A stretch of DNA of 64,000 nt, from positions 106,888,001 through 106,952,000 of the forward strand of contig NC_042999.1 of NCBI RefSeq assembly GCF_006345805.1, given 5' to 3'. The stretch comes from Octopus sinensis (lineage: Eukaryota). Both the position numbers and the translations under genes were made by a program. Below, piece by piece: positions 62,137-64,000 of this stretch; position 1 is the first letter of the stretch; each line of letters opens with the position of its first letter. The notes beneath the pieces were generated by a model. The model saw nothing but the letters and a program-made list of their open reading frames with translations. It did no database searches and was not told where the DNA came from.

Positions 62137-63650
62137 CTTATACAAAAATTCTATAATTATGAGTAACCCATGCTAGCATGGAAAACGGACGCTAAACGAC
62201 GATGATGATATTTATAATTAGGATTCAGCAAAATTTGCTTCACCACATACTGAAATTTAGAAATAGCAGCTAAAACTACTATTTCACTACCATAAGAAAA
62301 TCTCCCAGACAGCAATACTCATACTTATAGAATTTATATATATACATATATATATGCCAAGTAAAATCACTGTCTCCCACACATACAAGATTGTCCTTTC
62401 AGGTGCTGGTTCCACTCAAAAAGCACCCATGCCAGAGCTGCGTTATCACACCCAGCACATTCTATTAAGCAGATGGCATCAGGAAGGGCATCCAGCCAGA
62501 CAGCTAGAATTTGGACAGCTCTCTGCTAGCCACCTCCATGCCAAACCATCCAACCCATGCCACCATGGAAAGCATACATTAAAAAATGATGATGATGATG
62601 ATGGTGTGTGTGTGTGTGTACACACACTAAGAGTAAATTATCTCTTATCACTCATGTGCTCGGTACCATGACATAGCAACAAAGTTATTTGAGAAGAAAC
62701 ATTTCCATTCTACATTATATAAACTAAACTATAACTTTTCAAACTGTATTTTAATTTCACCATTACAGTCAAGCTAATCACTTTGTGCTTGTTTTGGGTA
62801 AAGCTATTACTCTCTGGACACTGTCATAAAGATCATATTATGTTTTAATATACTGTCACTTAAGATGATTTCACAGCACATTTTCCAGAGAGAAAAATAA
62901 AGGCAAATAGAATGTTATTTAGAAGAACAAACCTATTGTATTTTTACAGAAAGTGTATGAAAACATCATCATTATTATCATCATCATCATTATCATTAAT
63001 ATCATCATCCTCATAATCATCACTATTATCATAACTGTTGCTGCTGCTGTAGTTGTTATCACTTTTACATCTACTTTTTCCATGTTGGCATGGGTTAGAC
63101 CAGAATTCTAAGGCAGTACAGTTAGGATTTACAGATGGATTTCTTAGGTTATACTGAAGTAGGTGAGGTGTATGAGAAATTGAGAGAGTGACAGACAATT
63201 CCTAATGCCAGACATTTACTTGTTTTCAAATAAGACACTTTATTCCATTGGGATAAACAAATGTCACTGCTACACATGTGATGTCAGTCTGAAGACTTGC
63301 AAAAATAAACATTCATATGTATATGTGTGTGTGTGTGTGTCTGCATGTGTGTGTGTATATGTGTCTGTGAGTGTGTGTGTATACACACATGCATGTGCAT
63401 GTGTGTGTGCTTGTCTTGAGAGAAGTGTATAGGTTTCCAAACAGCACTTGTCATCTTAATTGCACACACATGGTATTGATCCAGCTGAGACTGTAGTAAA
63501 AGATGTTTGTGTTGGGAAGAAGAATTGTAAGAGTGGCTTGACAGGAATGTATTGCATGCAGGACATAAATAAAACAATATGCTTTTGGGACCTCAGTTTT
63601 GCACATTGTGTCTATATATGCATATATATATATGTATGTATATATGTATG

Positions 63651-63696
<46 letters not shown>

Positions 63697-63843
63697 TCGT
63701 CAGTGGATTATGTATCTGTAAAGGAAGCCACCATTGAGCTTGACAAGCCATCTATAAAGCCTAGTACTTTATGTATGCAAAACCATTGGTCAATCTATGA
63801 CCGGACACATATATTTAACTACTTGCAAATATATGTGTGTGTG

Positions 63844-63874
<31 letters not shown>

Positions 63875-64000
63875 GTGTGTGTGTGTGTATGTATGAGTGA
63901 GTAATAAAGAGGTGCAGGTGTCAATCCATAATGGCTGTTTCCAACGACTCCTTTAATTGGTTAATGAGAACATTATATCATTGTAAAGAAACCATTTTCA

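Overview
AT-rich, microsatellite-dense animal DNA with no recognisable host protein-coding gene. The repeat families, recognised from memory without a search, suggest an octopus/coleoid cephalopod intergenic or long-intron region. The window is a mosaic of decayed mobile elements: a hAT relic, four mariner relics, piggyBac-like, Tc1-like, Helentron-type and foldback MITEs, CR1/L2-, RTE- and R4/Dong-clade LINE fragments, and many tRNA-derived SINEs. Most ORF-track entries are microsatellite or antisense noise. The main signal the ORF track misses is a set of Penelope-like elements (PLEs) and type I hammerhead ribozymes (HHRs). Two HHRs have complete cores (6572-6614 minus; 26475-26581 plus, with a greatly extended stem II), and several more are decayed. 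The 26 kb HHR lies in a non-coding, highly structured 600-bp unit present as a 1.2-mer (exact 120-bp terminal direct repeat) inside a (TA)n tract, the footprint expected of a retrozyme-like circular RNA copied back into DNA. Nearby are a decayed Naiad-type PLE and a PLE whose inverted pseudo-LTR joins a tRNA-like Pol III promoter to an HHR. Boundaries of decayed elements are approximate. All family assignments come from motif recognition by eye.
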